Counted from the whole stretch's first letter, positions 1 through 11,939 are shown. The stretch: DNA of 63,491 nt, filler included, from an uncultured bacterium (GCA_964609495.1; 28 parts of 28 records of this genome joined end to end with filler, not necessarily neighbours in it), one strand, 5' to 3'. Program-made: numbers and translations. The notes: a model not told the origin generated them from the sequence alone.

Positions 1-225
1 CTCTCCTCTAAATCTATATCTCTAATGTTATATTTACAATTTATACCTCTATCTATTTCCTCCCAACTTATCCCTCTTGTTATTCTCTCTTTCCTCCTTT
101 CTTTCCATATTATGTTACCTCCTTAGCCTATTGTCCATAATATTAAAACAATCTTATCTACAACGAATCCTTACAAAAAATCTACCAGCACGATTTATTA
201 CATGCTTACAAGCGATACTGCCAGA

Positions 226-590
226 CGACTTTTTCTGAAGGAGGGATAGGCAAATATCTTAATCTGCTGAAGAAGAGCAAGATTGACCCTCCAGATCAGA
301 TATGGTGTGGGGATATTACTTACATAAGTTTGGAGCAAGGATTTGTCTATTTGGCAGTGTTGATAGATGTATTCACGCGTGGAATAAAAGGTTGGGAGTT
401 ATCGAAGAGCTTGGATGAGCAATTGACCTTAAGCGCACTCGATAAAGCATTGCAGAAGGGAAAGCCTGAGATCCATCATTCAGATCATGGGGGGGTCAGT
501 ATCTCTCTAATCAATATGTCTGCAAGCTGAATGAAGTTGGTGTCTCTATCTCTCTCGCAGGTAGAGGGAAGGCATAGGAGAACAGCTATT
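226..590 (+). pseudogene. IS3-family transposase (rve/DDE integrase core) remnant
   Basis: Translates as PDQIWCGDITY...GFVYLAVLIDVFTR.IKGW...PEIHHSDHG, then shifts frame in the G-run near 489-495 to QYLSNQY...GRGKA*ENSY. No N-terminal OrfA seen. Confidence 0.85.
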
Positions 591-725
591 TTGCTGAATA
601 TCTAAACTCTACAAGATTTCCCTATAGTCTATTTGGGTTTAGTGCCATTTCATAATGTCTTTTCTATATCTTCTTTATTTAATCCTCTCTCACTAGTGAT
701 ATCTATAAACCACTCTCTATTTTTC

Positions 726-1823
726 CTACTTCCTATTTGTCTCCTCTATAAGGCTTAAAATTCCTTCTGCCCTTTTCCTATCCCCTAGCTCCTGAGCTAT
801 CTCTAACGATTGCTGAAGATATCCTAAAGCCTTCTCATATTTCCCTAAATTCCTATATACCAATCCTATATTGGTAAGAGTAGTCCCTTCCTCTCTCTTA
901 GTGCCTAATTGTCTAAAGATAGGTAAGGCCTGCTGAAGATATCCTAAAGCCTTTTCATATTCCCCCAAATTCCTATATACCAATCCTATATTGCCTAAAG
1001 ACACTCCTTCTCCTTCCCTATCGCCTATTTCTCGAGCTATCTCTAACGATTGCTGAAGATATCCTAAAGCCTTCTCATATTTCCCTAAATCACTATATAC
1101 CAATCCTATATTACCTAAAGCTTCTCCCCTTCCTCTCTTATCCCCTATTCCTTGAAGTATCGCTGAGGCCTGCTGATAGTATTGTAAAGCCTTCTCATAT
1201 TCCCCTAAATTATGATATACCATTCCTGTATTGGTAAGAGTAGTCCCTTCTTCTCTCTTATTACCTAATTGTCTAAAGATAGGTAAGACTTGCTGAAGAT
1301 ATCCTAAAGCCTTCTCATACTCCCCTAAATTATGATATACCAATCCTATATTGGTAAGAGTAGTCCCTTCTTCTCTCTTATTACCTAATTGTCTAAAGAT
1401 AGGTAAGGCCTGCTGAAGATATCCTAAAGCCTTTTCATATTCCCCCAAATTCCTATATACCAATCCTATATTGCCTAAAGACACTCCTTCTCCTTCCCTA
1501 TCGCCTATTTCTCGAGCTATCTCTAACGATTGCTGAAGATATCCTAAAGCCTTCTCATACTTCCCTAACTCACTATATACCAATCCTATATTGATAAGAG
1601 TACTACCCTCTCCTCTCTTATCTCTTATCTCTTGATATATTGTTAAAGCTTTCTCCCAATACACCAGAGCCTCTCTAAAATCACTCTTATGGTAGGCTTC
1701 CTTTCCTCTCTCTATTAATTCATCGGTCTTTTCCTTACCACCTCGAACTTGTATTAATATTCTCACCATAAATATAAAGCAGAGCAAGAAAGCCAATAAT
1801 ATAAATATTATTTTAATCACCAC
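726..1823 (-). CDS. Membrane-anchored tetratricopeptide-repeat protein (40-aa TPR units)
   Basis: N-terminal hydrophobic helix, then about 8 repeats of EG.TL.NIGLVY.NLG.YEKALGYLQQ; 120-bp DNA periodicity. Confidence 0.9.
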   Translation of the reverse strand: MVIKIIFILLAFLLCFIFMVRILIQVRGGKEKTDELIERGKEAYHKSDFREALVYWEKALTIYQEIRDKRGEGSTLINIGLVYSELGKYEKALGYLQQSLEIAREIGDREGEGVSLGNIGLVYRNLGEYEKALGYLQQALPIFRQLGNKREEGTTLTNIGLVYHNLGEYEKALGYLQQVLPIFRQLGNKREEGTTLTNTGMVYHNLGEYEKALQYYQQASAILQGIGDKRGRGEALGNIGLVYSDLGKYEKALGYLQQSLEIAREIGDREGEGVSLGNIGLVYRNLGEYEKALGYLQQALPIFRQLGTKREEGTTLTNIGLVYRNLGKYEKALGYLQQSLEIAQELGDRKRAEGILSLIEETNRK

Positions 1824-1928
1824 AGAACCTCCTACTAGACTAAGGAGCTTTAATCATCTAAATAGCTATTAACAGAAATTTTGCATATAACGTCAAGTAA
1901 GCATTATTAGAGGATTTAATGCTGTATA

Positions 1929-1957
1929 ATATCGGATCGGGGTACCCGATCTGATAT
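1929..1957 (-). terminator. Hairpin downstream of the Cys-rich ORF
   Basis: ATATCGGATCGGG-GTA-CCCGATCTGATAT inverted repeat with one mismatch. Confidence 0.5.
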
Positions 1958-1993
1958 CGATGATTAATCCGCTGAGCAAAAGTCTATATTATT

Positions 1994-2443
1994 TTACCAG
2001 CACTTAATCCCACAGTAAGTGGCCCAGATAGCTGCACATGTAAGACAAGCAACACAAGTGATCTTGGTGGGATCAGCAACACATATGAGACAAGGGCCAG
2101 CACAGCCAGGAGCCTTATCGAGGAGACATTTTCCCATGCATTCCCAATATCCCCCTAGAGCTTTCATACCAATAACCTTCGTTTTCCCGGTCTCCAAATC
2201 CATCTCAAATTCTCTACCCTCGATCTTGATCGTCATCTTTTTTCCCTCGACGATCTCGAGGATAATTCCCATAGCTTCTCGACCGAAGGTTAACTCATTA
2301 TCGGGAAGATAAGCGAAGGCTTGGATCTTGTCTCCCTTCACTGGAGCGAACAGAATTGGACTGGGGATACCTTCAACATAGATGATCTTCCCCTCTTCAA
2401 GATCAAGCTCTCCTGCTTCTAAACCCCAAGAATTTCTAAATTC
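1994..2443 (-). CDS. 5'-truncated protein ending in a 51-aa, 10-Cys peptide (halocin C8-like bacteriocin precursor candidate)
   Basis: Frame is open to the contig edge (EFRNSWGLEAG...). C-terminus reads GG|YWECMGKCLLDKAPGCAGPCLICVADPTKITCVACLTCAAIWATYCGIKCW. Confidence 0.6.
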   Translation of the reverse strand, partial: EFRNSWGLEAGELDLEEGKIIYVEGIPSPILFAPVKGDKIQAFAYLPDNELTFGREAMGIILEIVEGKKMTIKIEGREFEMDLETGKTKVIGMKALGGYWECMGKCLLDKAPGCAGPCLICVADPTKITCVACLTCAAIWATYCGIKCW

Positions 2444-2543
2444 NNNNNNNNNNNNNNNNNNNNNNNNNNNNNNNNNNNNNNNNNNNNTTAATTAATTAAN
2501 NNNNNNNNNNNNNNNNNNNNNNNNNNNNNNNNNNNNNNNNNNN

Positions 2544-2883
2544 CAGGAGCAGAGACAGCAGATAGAACTTCTGTCTTGATAGCTTCTACATCGGGAGCTT
2601 CAGGAACGGTAGCTTTGATCTCCTCTTTCACTTTCTCTATCTCGCTTGTTACCACTCCCATCAACTCCTCCTTGAAAGCCTCCAGATCAGGGGTTGCTGG
2701 TCTTTCACCCGATTCCTCTACCTTTGTCTCGAGTTCCTTAATCTTAGCTTCAAGACCCTCTAGAGTAGCTATCCGGGCTTCGAGATTTCTAATCCCACCT
2801 CTAAGAGAGTTTATCCAAAGCAAAGAAATGACTATTAATATAGCCAATACTACTGATACTATAAGTAAACTTCTGTTAGACAT
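2544..2883 (-). CDS. Membrane-anchored coiled-coil hypothetical protein (3' truncated)
   Basis: GGAGGT RBS, N-terminal TM helix, heptad-rich segment; runs into the linker. Confidence 0.7.
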
Positions 2884-3100
2884 AAACCCGCACCTCCCAA
2901 AAAGAATATAAACTGAATCTCTCTTTACAGATTATAATATAATTACGTCTTTTATTCAACCCTTTTTTGAAATAAAAATCTCTAATCCTGGGCAAGAGGG
3001 AAATTAGAGTTATAAATATAGAAAGCCGTCCGCAATCAGGGTTGAATTTATCTCCTATATGTGCTATAATTTGAGATAGATGACTTATTAGGAGGCATTT

Positions 3101-3271
3101 ATGTCACTCGGTCTCTTTGAACTCATCCTGATAATATTAGTGATCTTAATAATATTCGGAGCTGGTAAGTTACCCCAGGTTGGAGAGGCTTTGGGGAAGA
3201 GTATAAGAGAATTTAAGAAATCTCAAAGGGAAGATACTGATAAAGAGGAGAAAAAAGATCTTGACATTTAG
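3101..3271 (+). CDS. tatA: Twin-arginine translocase TatA/TatE subunit
   Basis: Manual translation MSLGLFELILIILVILIIFGAGKLPQVGEALGKSIREFKKSQ... with the FG..KLP motif; AGGAGG RBS. Too short for the ORF track. Confidence 0.93.
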   Translation: MSLGLFELILIILVILIIFGAGKLPQVGEALGKSIREFKKSQREDTDKEEKKDLDI

Positions 3272-3289
3272 CGAGATCTGGTATATACT
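3261..3289 (+). promoter_or_regulatory. sigma70 promoter for tRNA-Leu, with its -35 box inside the tatA 3' end
   Basis: TTGACA-17 bp-TATACT. Confidence 0.75.
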
Positions 3290-3316
3290 ATATCCAGCTA
3301 TCAAGTGGACTTTTAT

Positions 3317-3403
3317 GCCGAAGTGGCGGAATTGGCAGACGCGCTAGGTTCAGGGTCTAGTAGGCAGAAGCCTGTGCGGGTTCGAGTCCCGCCTTCGGCA
3401 CCA
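3317..3403 (+). tRNA. tRNA-Leu (anticodon CAG)
   Basis: GCCGAAG/CTTCGGC acceptor stem, anticodon arm CTAGG-TTCAGGG-TCTAG, long variable arm, GTTCGAGTCC T-arm, encoded CCA. Confidence 0.96.
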
Positions 3404-3698
3404 TATAATAAAGTCCACTCTTTTTATAATCAACTATTCTTTAGTTATGCGGGAATTGGGCTAGAGAATTGGAATAGAATGTATGAAACAGCGAAGGAAT
3501 ATGGAAAATCTGATTAGGTGATATGGAAAGTGGTGAGAGGGACTGTTTCTGTAGAGAGCGAGATATCGAGTTAGGGAGAGGAAAGATTGTATGTTCAGAT
3601 TGGGAAGCTCTTTCAAAACTTCCTTTTTCGATTATGAGCAGAAATTTTTCGCTATGCCAACTTAACTAAACAATATAACTTCTAACGAACTATTCCTG

Positions 3699-3974
3699 GT
3701 GGATAATATGCTCATATTCATATTATACTTCTTATTAGGTGCTATTTGTGGAGCGGTATTCTTTTATCTTCTGAAATTAACTGTCGATTATCTTGTAAAG
3801 AAGAGAAATCCAATGTTATTAGTGTTAAGCTCTTGGGTTAGAATTTTAGCTCTAATAGCTGTAATTTACTTCGCATCTCAAAAGAATCCTCTTTACATAC
3901 TAACGATGCTGGCAGGGATTACAGTGGCTAGGATCATCATTGTTAAGAGAGAAGGATTAGTTAAACCAAGATAG
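3699..3974 (+). CDS. Small 3-TM protein resembling N-ATPase AtpR / ATP synthase I
   Basis: G...G..FF..L..TV, then S..RI, then LAG...AR pattern. Confidence 0.55.
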   Translation: MDNMLIFILYFLLGAICGAVFFYLLKLTVDYLVKKRNPMLLVLSSWVRILALIAVIYFASQKNPLYILTMLAGITVARIIIVKREGLVKPR

Positions 3975-4037
3975 AAATAGCAACAAATTTTAGATCGAGG
4001 ATTAGTTAACCAGTAATTAAAAATAGGGGGTGCTTTT

Positions 4038-4901
4038 ATGATTAAAAGTATACTTATTCCCTTGGACGATTCTCATTACTCTGAAATTGCCTTGAAGTAT
4101 GCTATATCCCTTGCCAAGTTCTTTGAAGCCGACCTCAAAGGGTTATTTGTGATAGATATTAAGCTTCTGGAAGCACCTATGATGAGAAATTATTGGGCTC
4201 CTCTCGATATCGGAAGGATGGGAGTTATAACCTATCCCGCTTATCAAGGTAAGATCCGCGAGACTCTAGAACAGAAAGGTAAGGATATTCTTGGCAATTT
4301 CGAGAAAATTTGTGAGGAAGCTGGAATTAAATATACAAGCTCTCTCGTTACTGGTCTAGTGAGTAGCACTATCTGTGAGGAAGGAAAGACAGTTGATCTC
4401 ATCATTATGGGAAAGAGAGGGGAAAACGCTCCTTGGGGAGAGAAGATGTTGGGCTCTGTTCTAGAGGCTACGGTGAGGAGTGTTACAAAACCAGTCTTTG
4501 TTACTCCTGATAAATATTCTGATATAAATAATATCCTCATAGCTTATGATGGAACGGAAGAGGCATCTCACGCCCTGGAGCTTGCCGCTGAGGTAGGAGC
4601 TCAGGGAGATTTCAACTTTTATCTCTTAACGGTTCACCATTCCGATTCTGATGAGGAGTGGGGACGGGAGACGAACAGGGAAGCTATGGAATATCTTGCG
4701 CCATATAAACTGAGGATAGAGCAGATGGTGGAGAAGGGCGATGCAGATGAGGTTATCCTCAAGGTCGCTGAGGAGAAGGATTGCGATCTGATAATTATGG
4801 GTGCTTATGGTCATTCCCGACTTCGAGAGTTGATCTTAGGAAGCACTACCGAACAGGTGATGCGCCGCACTAACCGTCCAGTTTTACTCTATAGGAAATA
4901 G
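4038..4901 (+). CDS. Universal stress protein (tandem Usp domains)
   Basis: ILIPLDDS..S..AL, DLIIMGKRG, ILIAYDG, DLIIMGAYGHSR...LGSTTEQV motifs. Confidence 0.93.
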   Translation: MIKSILIPLDDSHYSEIALKYAISLAKFFEADLKGLFVIDIKLLEAPMMRNYWAPLDIGRMGVITYPAYQGKIRETLEQKGKDILGNFEKICEEAGIKYTSSLVTGLVSSTICEEGKTVDLIIMGKRGENAPWGEKMLGSVLEATVRSVTKPVFVTPDKYSDINNILIAYDGTEEASHALELAAEVGAQGDFNFYLLTVHHSDSDEEWGRETNREAMEYLAPYKLRIEQMVEKGDADEVILKVAEEKDCDLIIMGAYGHSRLRELILGSTTEQVMRRTNRPVLLYRK

Positions 4902-5061
4902 AGAATTTATCTTCGGGACTCGAACTTTCGTGTTAACCGCTTTGACCTTCTTATAAAAGGGNNNNNNNNNNNNNNNNNNNNNNNNNNNNNNNNNNNNNNN
5001 NNNNNTTAATTAATTAANNNNNNNNNNNNNNNNNNNNNNNNNNNNNNNNNNNNNNNNNNNN

Positions 5062-6515
<1,454 letters not shown>

Positions 6516-6517
<2 letters not shown>

Positions 6518-6581
6518 ATAAATGGTTCATATCTTCTTCCGCAAATTCAAGCCATCTTTGATATCTTTTCTTCCTCCCCAT
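6516..6581 (-). pseudogene. HEPN-domain toxin N-terminal stub
   Basis: MGRKKRYQRWLEFAEEDMNHL* overlaps the MNT stop; W...AEED is typical of HEPN N-termini. It ends at the IS left end. Confidence 0.6.
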
Positions 6582-6915
6582 TATAGAGAACCTTCCCTTT
6601 CGCCACTACCTCTTCCGTTATAAAATTATTTCCTTCTTCTATCATTTCTTTGAACTCTTCGGGGGTATAAACCAATATATTAATACCTACCTTGGGTTTA
6701 GCAATAAGAGCTGCTTCTTTTAATCTATCCAAGAATTCCTTATCGGTATCCTTAATTATTACCAAATCTATATCGCTCCATTCATGAGTATCTCCTTTAG
6801 CTAAAGAGCCAAAGAGAATGATTTGCTTAGGAGCATACTCAGTCTTCAACCTCTCAACTACTAGAGATAATTCCCTCTCTAATAACCTTCTACGTTCTAA
6901 TTTTAGCTTCTCCAT
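6547..6915 (-). CDS. Minimal nucleotidyltransferase (MNT antitoxin)
   Basis: IILFGSLAKG...SDIDLVII, then VYTPEEF...GKVLY. Confidence 0.9.
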   Translation of the reverse strand: MEKLKLERRRLLERELSLVVERLKTEYAPKQIILFGSLAKGDTHEWSDIDLVIIKDTDKEFLDRLKEAALIAKPKVGINILVYTPEEFKEMIEEGNNFITEEVVAKGKVLYNGEEEKISKMA

Positions 6916-7229
6916 TTTAGAGACCTCTGACAACACTGCTATTTGTCCTTCTCAATATGTTAGTTTGATTAGAAACTCAAAGTCTATCTACTTTGTTTTT
7001 AACATAGCTTCCATTCCTATCTTAATTTCTAACAAAAAAATCACTTCTTTTGATGAAATGATTATCAGTAGGATATTTGTTTAGTCCCCCTTTCGTAATC
7101 CAGTTTTCCAACTGGCTAAAGGAGAGGTTTTTTGTTCTCTAGTTTTCAGTCCCTTTTCCATCAAATTCAGTATTTCAACATAGCTTAGGTCTGTTTTGGT
7201 CACTTCGTTCTGTGGAAATCGGTTACACC

Positions 7230-7322
7230 TTAGATTATACGATAAATTTTGTCTCTTGTCAAGGGACTAGAGACACCCTCATATTTCTTAGATAAATTAG
7301 TGGCTTCTTTTATGGTAAGCAT
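7230..7322 (-). pseudogene. Possible AbiEii toxin N-terminal stub
   Basis: MLTIKEATNLSKKYE... lies directly after an AbiEi-like C-terminus and stops after 30 aa. Confidence 0.3.
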
Positions 7323-7335
7323 AATATTGGATTAT

Positions 7336-7473
7336 CTAATAGACTAAGGTGCTAATAAACTTGGCTACGGGGATATTGACCTTAACTCGCCACTTAGTAT
7401 TATGCTTTATCTTTCCTTCCTTCAATATGGGATCAAGCCAAATAAAACCAGAAGATAAATTCTCTTGCCATAT
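7336..7473 (-). CDS. AbiEi-like antitoxin C-terminus (5' truncated)
   Basis: WQENLSSGFIWLDPILKEGKIKHNTKWRVKVNI aligns by eye with WRDDISSSSSYEKLDPTLPKKGRYISRWKLQLNI of 51900-52736. Confidence 0.65.
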   Translation of the reverse strand: MWQENLSSGFIWLDPILKEGKIKHNTKWRVKVNIPVAKFISTLVY

Positions 7474-7708
7474 NNNNNNNNNNNNNNNNNNNNNNNNNNN
7501 NNNNNNNNNNNNNNNNNTTAATTAATTAANNNNNNNNNNNNNNNNNNNNNNNNNNNNNNNNNNNNNNNNNNNNGGAGGGGTTAGGGGAGAGTGATTTAAG
7601 ACCTAATCTGATCTCGAACATCTCAGACAAAAAATTTTGAAACTACTTAATAGATGAGGAGAAGCATCTCACTTGCAGAAGCTACTCTTAACCTAGAACC
7701 AGAGTCAC

Positions 7709-8845
7709 CTACAGAAAATCAGACATAACCACATCCGCTAAGTAGATACCTCTTCTACTCAATCTGATGCTCTCCTTATCTCTAATTAGTAATCCTTGAG
7801 CTACCCACTTGTCTATAACGTCTTTATATATCTCATCCACATCTAAACCGAATCTCTTCCGAAAGTGGGCAAGTTTCATCCCCTCCCGCACTCTTAAAGC
7901 GAGCATAATAGTTTCTCCCATCTTCTCCCTCTTTGTCAATCTTTCCTCGCCTGCTTTCGGAATCTCTTCTCTTCCCAAAATAGAAATATAAGCTCGAGGG
8001 TCTTCTTCCCTATAAAAACGGCACCCATCTAGATAAGAGTAAGCTCCAGCACCTAAGCCGAGATACTCCTCATTTCGCCAATATATCTGGTTATGGCGAG
8101 AGCGATACCCCTCTCGAGCGAAGTTCGATATCTCGTAATGCTCATATCCTACCTCAATTAACCTATCTATCGCTACCTCATACATAGCTAGTTGGGTATC
8201 CTCATCAGGTATCTTCGTATCTCCCCTACGAACGTGGCGATAGAGCGGAGTTCCCTCCTCAAGCGTCAGGTTATATAGTGATATATGTTCTGGATTAAGT
8301 TCGATAGCTTGCTCCAAAGTATCGCAGAAAATATCAAGGGTTTGAGCTGGCAGAGCGAAGATGAAATCTAAATTTAGGTTAGTGAAACCCAATTGGCGAG
8401 CGAGGAAATAACTGTCTTTGGCTTCCTCAGCGGAGTTGATTCGCCCTATCCTCTTTAACAGGTCGTCGGAGAAGGATTGGACGCCGAAGCTGAGGCGATT
8501 AACCCCAGTGGCTTTTAGAATGGATAATTTACCTTTATCAACAGTTCCCGGGTTAGCCTCGATGGTGAACTCGAAATCCTCTTCAAACTCGAAGTAATTA
8601 TAAAGTTGCTCTATTAATCTCCTTAACTGCCCCGCTCTAAGACAGGTAGGAGTCCCCCCACCGAGGTAGAGGGTCTCCATTTTATACTCACCTTGTATCT
8701 GCCTTGAACTCAACTCCATATCCAAAGCTAAAGCGACGAGATATTCCGAGGCTAGATTCTCATCCAGGGGATAAGAATTGAAATCACAATATTCACACTT
8801 CCTTATGCAGAAGGGTATATGAACATATAAAGCGATGGATTTCAT
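7709..8845 (-). CDS. hemW: Radical SAM heme chaperone HemW (HemN-like)
   Basis: LYVHIPFCIRKCEYCDF, GGGTP, YEISNF, HN..YW motifs. Confidence 0.92.
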   Translation of the reverse strand: MKSIALYVHIPFCIRKCEYCDFNSYPLDENLASEYLVALALDMELSSRQIQGEYKMETLYLGGGTPTCLRAGQLRRLIEQLYNYFEFEEDFEFTIEANPGTVDKGKLSILKATGVNRLSFGVQSFSDDLLKRIGRINSAEEAKDSYFLARQLGFTNLNLDFIFALPAQTLDIFCDTLEQAIELNPEHISLYNLTLEEGTPLYRHVRRGDTKIPDEDTQLAMYEVAIDRLIEVGYEHYEISNFAREGYRSRHNQIYWRNEEYLGLGAGAYSYLDGCRFYREEDPRAYISILGREEIPKAGEERLTKREKMGETIMLALRVREGMKLAHFRKRFGLDVDEIYKDVIDKWVAQGLLIRDKESIRLSRRGIYLADVVMSDFL

Positions 8846-8846
8846 C

Positions 8847-9953
8847 TCATTTATTATACCTACCATAGGAGATAGCAGTATCCCATAGCTTGAGCACATT
8901 CTCCATCGAACAAGCGGGATGTATCTCGGTGGTCGAGCCGATTATCAGACCACCTTCGGGAGAGACTACATCGATCGTCCCCTTAACCGCCTTCTCCATA
9001 TCCTCCTCGCTTCCGAAGGGCAATAGAGCGGTAGCATCAATCCCTCCCATCATCGGTAGGCGAGGATATCTATCGTGGACACTAGAAGCGGTCATATTCC
9101 ACAGCGGATCGAGCGGATTGATCCCATCGATTCCAGAGGCTACGAAATCATCAAGGACTTCCAGCAAATTACCGTCGGAGTGGAAGATAACTTTAACCCC
9201 ATGCTTATGCCAAGCATCTACAACTTTCTTCAGACGGGGAAAGAATTCCTTCCTCAAGAAGGCAGGAGAGAAGATCGTTCCGTTCTTGTCAGCTTGATCA
9301 GCATAGACCAAGGCTACCGGGGATAATGAAGGGTCAGCGATCTCATCTACTCGCCTTATCTCATATTGACAAAGGGTCTCGAGCCACTCCGATACAAGCT
9401 CAGGATAATCGGCATAGGTATAGCAAAATAGCTTCAATCCCGTCTTATGATAGGCAATATCCAATCCTACGGGGCTCTCGGGGTGGAAGAGAACGGTATC
9501 CCCCAACTTCTCCTGGAGCATTCGGAAGCGATCACTTATAGTTATAGCCAAATCGCCAGTCTCCACGAACCCCTCCCGATCGTCGGTGAACCACATCACC
9601 CGACCCGGGTGCTCGATACTATTTAGATAATCTATATTCCGTTTGATATACTCCTTCGTCCCTTCTACATCCTCGAAGGGGCGCTTTATGATCCAGGTTG
9701 TCCACCACTCACACTTGATGACGAAGCCGTCCGAGTGCTTTATTATCTTCTCCTCCTGTGGAGGGGCTACTCCCCTGGTGATATCCAAGTTTTCCCTGAT
9801 GGTCTGACATAACAGATCGAGTCCATTCTCTAAGGTAACCTTCTGTCCAGTGCAATACTCGATTAGGGGTATGTGCTGAATTAGATCGAAGATAGGGACC
9901 CTATCTGGATTCTGATAGTTTATCGCCGCTTCGAATCTCTCCCTGGCGGTCAT
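8847..9953 (-). CDS. Uroporphyrinogen decarboxylase (URO-D/MtaA) family protein
   Basis: MTARER...PDRVP start, FHSDGN, GGID, GGLIIGS motifs. Confidence 0.85.
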   Translation of the reverse strand: MTARERFEAAINYQNPDRVPIFDLIQHIPLIEYCTGQKVTLENGLDLLCQTIRENLDITRGVAPPQEEKIIKHSDGFVIKCEWWTTWIIKRPFEDVEGTKEYIKRNIDYLNSIEHPGRVMWFTDDREGFVETGDLAITISDRFRMLQEKLGDTVLFHPESPVGLDIAYHKTGLKLFCYTYADYPELVSEWLETLCQYEIRRVDEIADPSLSPVALVYADQADKNGTIFSPAFLRKEFFPRLKKVVDAWHKHGVKVIFHSDGNLLEVLDDFVASGIDGINPLDPLWNMTASSVHDRYPRLPMMGGIDATALLPFGSEEDMEKAVKGTIDVVSPEGGLIIGSTTEIHPACSMENVLKLWDTAISYGRYNK

Positions 9954-10081
9954 AGTGTCTTCGGCAAGCTTCTCCGGGTCGNNNNNNNNNNNNNNNNNNN
10001 NNNNNNNNNNNNNNNNNNNNNNNNNTTAATTAATTAANNNNNNNNNNNNNNNNNNNNNNNNNNNNNNNNNNNNNNNNNNNN

Positions 10082-11939
10082 GTGATACCTTTCCTATCTC
10101 CTCTCTTAATTCTGGTATCTTCGGGATTAATATCAAATCCCCTCTCTGCAAGGTCATATCCTTAGTGGTATCCCCTTCCTCAAGAAGAGAGATAAGATCA
10201 AGAGCTACCTTCTGTCCATCTCTAACTAAGGAAGCTTCCCCTAGATCAGCTCTATCGCCTGCACCTCCTGACTCGACTATCACCTCTAATAAGGTCGAAT
10301 CCTCCCTTATCCCATATAATCCTGGCTTCGCTACCTCCCCTAAGAGTGATACCTTGCTAATATCTGCACCTAATTCTGGTAATTCTGAGACTATTACTAT
10401 ATCTTCAGGCTTTAGAGCCACATCCTTGTTCATATCTCCTTGCTTTAACAGAGAGAATATATCTATAGGTATCTTCTCTTTTCCTCGAACTATAAAAGAT
10501 TCTTTCAAATTTGCTTTCTCCGTAGTTCCTCCTGCTTGAACTAACATTTTGAGCAACGTATCAGCATCTCTAAGCTTGTATAATCCTGACTTTGCAATCT
10601 GACCCAATACTGTAACTTCTCCCTTTTCGGTAAAAGTGGGAACTATAAGAAGATCGCCTTCTCTTAACTCGAAATTCAAGCTTAGATCACCATCGTAGAG
10701 GAGAGGAGTTATGTCTATAACCCTTCTTTGCTCTCCTCTGATTAGAGAAAATTGCGTTATATCCGCTTCCGAGGTCATTCCTCCTGCCTGAAGAAGAGCA
10801 CTTAATATCGTGTTGGCAGAAGTTAAAGGATAAACTCCAGGATTGCTTACCTGACCAAGCACAGTGATGTTTCTCTCTGAAACTGTGGCTTCTGGAATTA
10901 GGATAATATCTCCCGACTCTAACGCAATATTCTGCTTCATATCTCCAGCATCTAATAAAGCGCCTAAGTCTATCTCTGTTAGGTCTCCGTTTCTCATAAG
11001 AGAAACATCAGCTAAGGCAGCCTTTGAAGTTACTCCTCCAGCACTTGAGATAAGATCTATTAAAGTATCTCCCTTTTGAATTGTATAAGATCCTGAATGA
11101 TTTATTTGTCCTAAGATAGATACCTTCTCTGCTTTCTTCTCAGGGATGAAAAGCATATCTCCCGGTTGAAGGGGTATGTTTATCGTTCTATCTCCATTTA
11201 TCAATAGCTCCTCTAGGTTAATAGATATGATCCTCTTCTCTCTAGTAAGCGTAGCTTCGGATAACGCGGCTGATTTGGTAACTCCCTCTGCTTGACCTAT
11301 CAAGTTTAGGATGGTATCTCCTTCCCGCAGATTATATTCTCCAGGGGCGTTAACTTGCCCTAAGATCTGAACTTTATCCTCTCTCCTCTCCGGAACATAT
11401 ATTATATCTCCGGATTCCAAAGTATAATTTTGACTAATATCTTGTAACTTAAAGAGCCTTTCAAGATCTACAGGTATGGTTTTTTTACCCCTTATAATAT
11501 AAGCAGATTTGAGATAAGCCTGTTCAGTTACTCCCCCTGCAAGAACTAACCCCTCTAAAATCGTCATCTGCTCCTGAGATAAATATAATCCCGGCGAATT
11601 AACTTGACCTAATACTAAATATCGATTTTGCCTAAATCTAGTTACGATGACGGTTACTTGAGGGTTTTGAACATAAGGCGACACTCTTTTGCTGATCTCC
11701 TGACTAACTTGAGTTGGAGTTAAGCCATCGACTTGTAATTCCCCAGCGAGAGGAAATGATATCTTACCGTCCGGCCTAACTACTATCGGGCGCGTTAATT
11801 CCTCTTGCCCCCAAACGCTTATTTCCAACTCATCGCCTGGTCCCAGGATATAATCCTTCGCTATCACATAAGGCAAAATGTTAATAATTAACGCTATTAT
11901 AATCATTATACTATATGCTCTGATTGAATGTAGTCTCAT
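10082..11939 (-). CDS. Polysaccharide export protein (Poly_export plus multiple SLBB domains), 3' truncated
   Basis: Signal peptide, YILGPGDEL.ISVW, VRPDGKISFPL, repeated VLGQV..PG.Y units. Confidence 0.9.

Noticed and set aside
1-125. Purine-rich minus-strand open frame after an AGGAGG
   Set aside because: The only ATG frame stops after 19 codons, the open frame lacks a standard start, and it is truncated; it cannot be called.
781-1620. TPR repeats as a possible diversity-generating retroelement TR/VR pair or CRISPR-like array
   Set aside because: The repeats are in-frame coding units, differences are not adenine-specific, and no reverse transcriptase is present.
2444-2543. Regularly recurring N-runs with a central TTAATTAATTAA (27 times)
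   Set aside because: Artificial contig linker with six-frame stops; ORFs ending in X...LIN or X...N are artefacts, and no synteny can be inferred across linkers.
3305-3517. 70-aa ORF
   Set aside because: It overlaps tRNA-Leu; spurious.
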